This document shows positions 61,470 through 64,000 of a DNA stretch of 64,000 nucleotides, piece after piece (position 1 is the first letter of the stretch; the number at the start of each line of letters is the position of its first letter). The stretch is from an uncultured Acidobacteriaceae bacterium (lineage in GTDB: Bacteria; Acidobacteriota; Terriglobia; Terriglobales; Acidobacteriaceae): NCBI GenBank assembly GCA_963770055.1, contig CAVYOC010000007.1, positions 66,598 to 130,597 of the forward strand, given 5' to 3'. A model generated the notes under the pieces. It was not told the origin of the DNA and ran no database searches. It worked only from the letters and a program-made list of their open reading frames with translations. Both the position numbers and the translations under genes were made by a program.

Positions 61470-61866
61470 GGTGAATGCGGACTCCGGGATCCAAGAGATT
61501 CTTCCTTCTCAGCGGCGTGTGGGGCGGGAACAATCAGCATTCCAGTGGGAATACCGGCTGCTCTTTCTCTCCCCGCAACGGCTTCGGCAGGATGGAAGGA
61601 ATCAGGTGACACAGAGGAGCTATTGCACTTGGGTCCCACACGCAATAGCTCGTTAGATAAAGAATAGAACTTTGCATACAGTCCGTCAACAAAAGAGGAC
61701 TCTCCACCCAGCATTTTCATCGCGATGTCATGCATGCGGACCGGACTCATTCTGAATCGTATAAACCTTAGATGCTCGAGAAGTCCTCAGAGAGTCCGGT
61801 TGCCTGAAAATAGTTCGTCTCCCGGTCCACGGCATCCTACGTGAACCCCTCCGCTATACTCGGCCA

Positions 61867-62442
61867 ATGGATTATCTGTGGACGCCCTGGCGCCACCGCT
61901 ATATCACCCGTTCGGATCCAGAGACGCGGACAGGCGTCCCTGCCGCCCTTTCCGCGTGGCCCCCTACCGATGCCGAAGACAAACACTGCATCTTCTGCAA
62001 CATGATCGCCGCGGTCGACTATGCCATCAGTCAGGGCATGCCGCGCGACGAAGCTGAGTTGGCCGTACACATCGTGCATCGCGGTTTGCACTGTTTTGTG
62101 TGCCTCAACGCCTACCCCTACTCCACGGGCCACATGATGATCGTGCCCTATCAGCATCTCGCCTCGCTCGCGGCAGTCCCTCCAGAGGCCGCCATCGAGC
62201 TGACATCGCTCTGTCAGCGCGCCGAAATCGCCCTTCGAGAGACCTACAAGCCGGGTGGACTCAACATTGGACTCAACCTCGGCGAGGCAGCTGGGGCCGG
62301 TATCGCGGACCACATCCACATGCATGTCCTGCCGCGCTGGGTTGGTGATACAAATTTCATGACCGTTATCGCAGAAACTCGTGTACTTCCTGAATCACTC
62401 GATGTATCATGGGCCAGACTCCGGCCCCTTTTTCAAAGTTAA
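61867..62442 (+). CDS. HIT-family nucleotide hydrolase
   Basis: LWTPWR, CIFC, LNAYPYSTGH, AAGAGIADHIHMHVLPRW.GD.NF. Confidence 0.93.
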   Translation: MDYLWTPWRHRYITRSDPETRTGVPAALSAWPPTDAEDKHCIFCNMIAAVDYAISQGMPRDEAELAVHIVHRGLHCFVCLNAYPYSTGHMMIVPYQHLASLAAVPPEAAIELTSLCQRAEIALRETYKPGGLNIGLNLGEAAGAGIADHIHMHVLPRWVGDTNFMTVIAETRVLPESLDVSWARLRPLFQS

Positions 62443-62533
62443 TACAACCGAGATCACGCCATATCCATCCAAGCTGGTATAGCAGACAGAAGATTTAAGC
62501 TTCTTCCTCCTATCGAGCTACAGAGGACTCCCC

Positions 62534-62863
62534 ATGGCTATCCTTCAGCAGAATCTGCCCGCTTCAGTCCGCTTCGGCCCCCCGCAGCAAGATCGTGGTG
62601 TTTCGACCGATCGTCGCCCCTATCTCGTCACCGTTCCTTCCCGTAAGTCTGCCATTATTACGCGACAAACTGTAGCGGCCACGCGCCAGTTTTTTGCTCT
62701 CTTTCCCCACGAATCGGAAGACGCCCGCATCACAGGCACAACTCGTTCGCTCTACCGCCGATTGTTGGCGTTGAACCTGCCCCGTCCCGTAGCTCGTGTT
62801 GACCCGTCAGAGCTTCGGGAAGCGACCGAAGTGCGCTTCAGTTTAGTGGATCGAATCGCCTGA
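62534..62863 (+). CDS. Hypothetical protein
   Basis: GAGGA RBS, fills the intergenic gap; no recognisable domain. Confidence 0.5.
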   Translation: MAILQQNLPASVRFGPPQQDRGVSTDRRPYLVTVPSRKSAIITRQTVAATRQFFALFPHESEDARITGTTRSLYRRLLALNLPRPVARVDPSELREATEVRFSLVDRIA

Positions 62864-62969
62864 CCCGAGCCCCAGGAAACCTACATCAGGCGATTTGGGC
62901 AAACCTTGCGACAAAGCAAGGTTCTTTAATTTAACTCGCAAAATAGCGGATTCGAATTCCCGCGTGACT

Positions 62970-63557
62970 TTAGGAAGGCCCCGGCGGAGGCAGAGTCGGC
63001 GCGGCTTTGCGCGCTGCATCGCGATTGGCACGCGGGTCGCCGGGACCTCGCGGTCCCGGTACACGGGTCGCTTCAAAGCTTGTGATCTTCCACATGCCGG
63101 ATGGCAAACGCTGATAGACCCGCGTGTAACGGAACGTCCCCTTCAGCGGCATCCCCTCGTTCGTTCCTTCCACCTCAGCCCGCGAAGTCACGATCGCAAT
63201 CGATCCGATCAACTTCACCTGCCGCTCAACAAGGTCGAGCCGCGTCAGGGCAACCTTATGCATGCGCATCCGTTCCAGCTGCTGCTCTTTGGTGTTCACC
63301 TGCCCCGTGATCGTAATGCCGATGTAATCGTCCGAGAGAAGCTTGTCCATGGTCGTTACATCGCCGGCCAGTTGGGCCTGCCGCCACTGCTCTTCCAGGG
63401 TCTCCACCTGCTGTTTGGCAGCATGTTTCTTCTCGTGGAGAGGCTGATTCCAGGCTGCGCAAAGTGCCGGGCCAGGAAATCCCACCACCACCACAGCCGC
63501 CAGCAGAACCGTGGAGAGCTTCAGGGCGCAGCGAATTGGGCGACCACTTATCGGCAT
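62970..63557 (-). CDS. Secreted NTF2-like/DUF4440 protein (start uncertain)
   Basis: LEEQWRQAQLAGD...LLSDDYIGI...FRYTRVY...WKI. Confidence 0.85.
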   Translation of the reverse strand: MPISGRPIRCALKLSTVLLAAVVVVGFPGPALCAAWNQPLHEKKHAAKQQVETLEEQWRQAQLAGDVTTMDKLLSDDYIGITITGQVNTKEQQLERMRMHKVALTRLDLVERQVKLIGSIAIVTSRAEVEGTNEGMPLKGTFRYTRVYQRLPSGMWKITSFEATRVPGPRGPGDPRANRDAARKAAPTLPPPGPS

Positions 63558-63667
63558 TGCGTACCGGATACTAGACCGATCTCTCGCGCACGTCAAAACT
63601 ACTTTAGTCGTACGCGCCTCTTGGTACCATAAGACGCAGAAATCGCCTAAAAAGTCCAGTAAAACCA

Positions 63668-63955
63668 TCAACAAACAGCTGACAGGTTCTCCAGATGGCG
63701 TTCCTTCATCTTTTGATACAGCCCACCGATTGCATACTGATGAAAATGTGGCGCTCCGCGATGGTAATCCAGCGCCGCCTCGTCCACATACTGCTCGTAG
63801 ATCAGGACCGTGCAGGACTCACCTTCGACAAAATGGGGAATATAGCTCACGCATCCCGGTTCCTTGCGTGTTGCCGCGGTCAGATGGCACAGAATCTCGT
63901 CGATAACTTCGCGATCTGCCTGATCGAACATCATTCGTACGGTAAAACTCACCAT
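63668..63955 (-). CDS. ABM-family (putative quinol) monooxygenase
   Basis: TRKEPGCVSY, LIYEQYVDEAALDYHRGAPHF. Confidence 0.88.
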   Translation of the reverse strand: MVSFTVRMMFDQADREVIDEILCHLTAATRKEPGCVSYIPHFVEGESCTVLIYEQYVDEAALDYHRGAPHFHQYAIGGLYQKMKERHLENLSAVC

Positions 63956-64000
63956 GGCCGGCCCTTCCCTAAGCATTCAGCGCTTCATCAAACGCCGGAA

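Overview
Bacterial chromosomal window, very likely Acidobacteriota subdivision 1 (Edaphobacter/Granulicella/Terriglobus-like). This rests on the Acidobacteria-type TonB-dependent receptors, a VWFA-related protein, NHL/Ig surface proteins and a typical REP element. Positions 1-36.8 kb form a carbohydrate-utilization island abutting the 3' end of tRNA-Pro(GGG). It holds two SusD-less loci: (i) TBDR-LacI-SSS-GH35-GH43-GH106 and (ii) TBDR-two NHL/Ig surface proteins-GH44 lipoprotein-LacI/ROK-GH2-GH5. Each locus has its own repeated palindromic operator. Positions 36.9-64 kb are mostly core genome (yggX, rnr, tyrS, prolyl oligopeptidase, trpF, trpC, tRNA-Leu, infC, rpsA, HIT) with small accessory genes (PadR module, O-methyltransferase, PP2C phosphatase, GNAT, BrnT/BrnA-type toxin-antitoxin pair). 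The most interesting element lies between infC and rpsA. Two tandem secreted precursor peptides share an identical 22-aa Cys-x7-Cys core (SMLPIPTCPPNDPNACGMGLGR) and are followed by an orphan 7-TM protein with predicted N-out/C-in topology, a candidate undescribed peptide ligand/receptor system. About ten genes carry single-base frameshifts, mostly in short homopolymers and including essential tyrS, so these are probably consensus errors rather than pseudogenes.
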